Below are positions 63,880 through 64,000 of a stretch of DNA of 64,000 nucleotides, piece by piece. Numbering within the stretch: the first letter of the stretch is position 1; the number at the start of each line of letters is the position of its first letter. The notes beneath the pieces are model-generated. The model searched no databases and had not been told where the DNA came from. It saw nothing but the letters and a program-made list of their open reading frames with translations. The translations under genes and the position numbers were made by a program. The stretch is from a virus. Taxonomy: Duplodnaviria > Caudoviricetes. Location of the stretch: IMG/VR virus record IMGVR_UViG_3300031953_000001. One strand, 5' to 3'.

Positions 63880-64000
63880 ATGCCATTGCGTATGTTTCAC
63901 CTTGTCCCTGAAGTAGATAACAAATTACACACAACCGAACACCGATATCGACTGAGTGACCCAGAGCTGATCGCTAAGATTTTACCCTCCCACGATGCAG
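63880..64000 (+). CDS. 5' part of a gene truncated by the window edge
   Basis: ATG 63880 after GAGGA, open to the end of the window. Confidence 0.55.
   Translation, partial: MPLRMFHLVPEVDNKLHTTEHRYRLSDPELIAKILPSHDA

Noticed and set aside
1-64000. Integrase, transposase, homing endonuclease, tRNA or chimallin/tubulin genes
   Set aside because: No supporting motifs were recognised in this window; they may lie elsewhere in the genome.

Overview
A 64 kb segment of a phiKZ-like jumbo bacteriophage genome. It is densely coding on both strands, and I found no tRNA, rRNA, CRISPR array or transposase. The assignment rests on a 720 aa phiKZ-type major capsid protein next to a DnaB-like helicase and a split RNA polymerase beta subunit, a split RNAP beta' C-terminal subunit, the exonuclease half of a split family B DNA polymerase, and a head/neck/baseplate block with several paralogous inner-head proteins carrying S-x-E prohead-protease sites. 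Between the two core blocks (about 29.9-52.7 kb) is an accessory region with thyA, tmk, dut, dcd, a dNMP kinase, a SleB-like hydrolase, an SNase, a nucleotidyltransferase, an ART-like protein, an SF2 helicase and a holin. No chimallin gene is in the window, so nucleus formation is only inferred. phiKZ gene numbers are from recall of family features and synteny, not from a database search. Strongest leads: (1) a canonical programmed -1 frameshift cassette at 6076-6159 that would fuse two ORFs, as in tail-assembly chaperones; (2) a shared C-terminal [WY]-x-[NT]-W-stop tag on four unrelated proteins, possibly a capsid-packaging signal; (3) a small domain encoded alone behind the capsid gene and also fused to PKD/BspA repeats; (4) an RNAP alpha-CTD-like domain fused to dUTPase; (5) a truncated DnaB paralog; (6) a directional hairpin+TATG(C/T)C terminator family.
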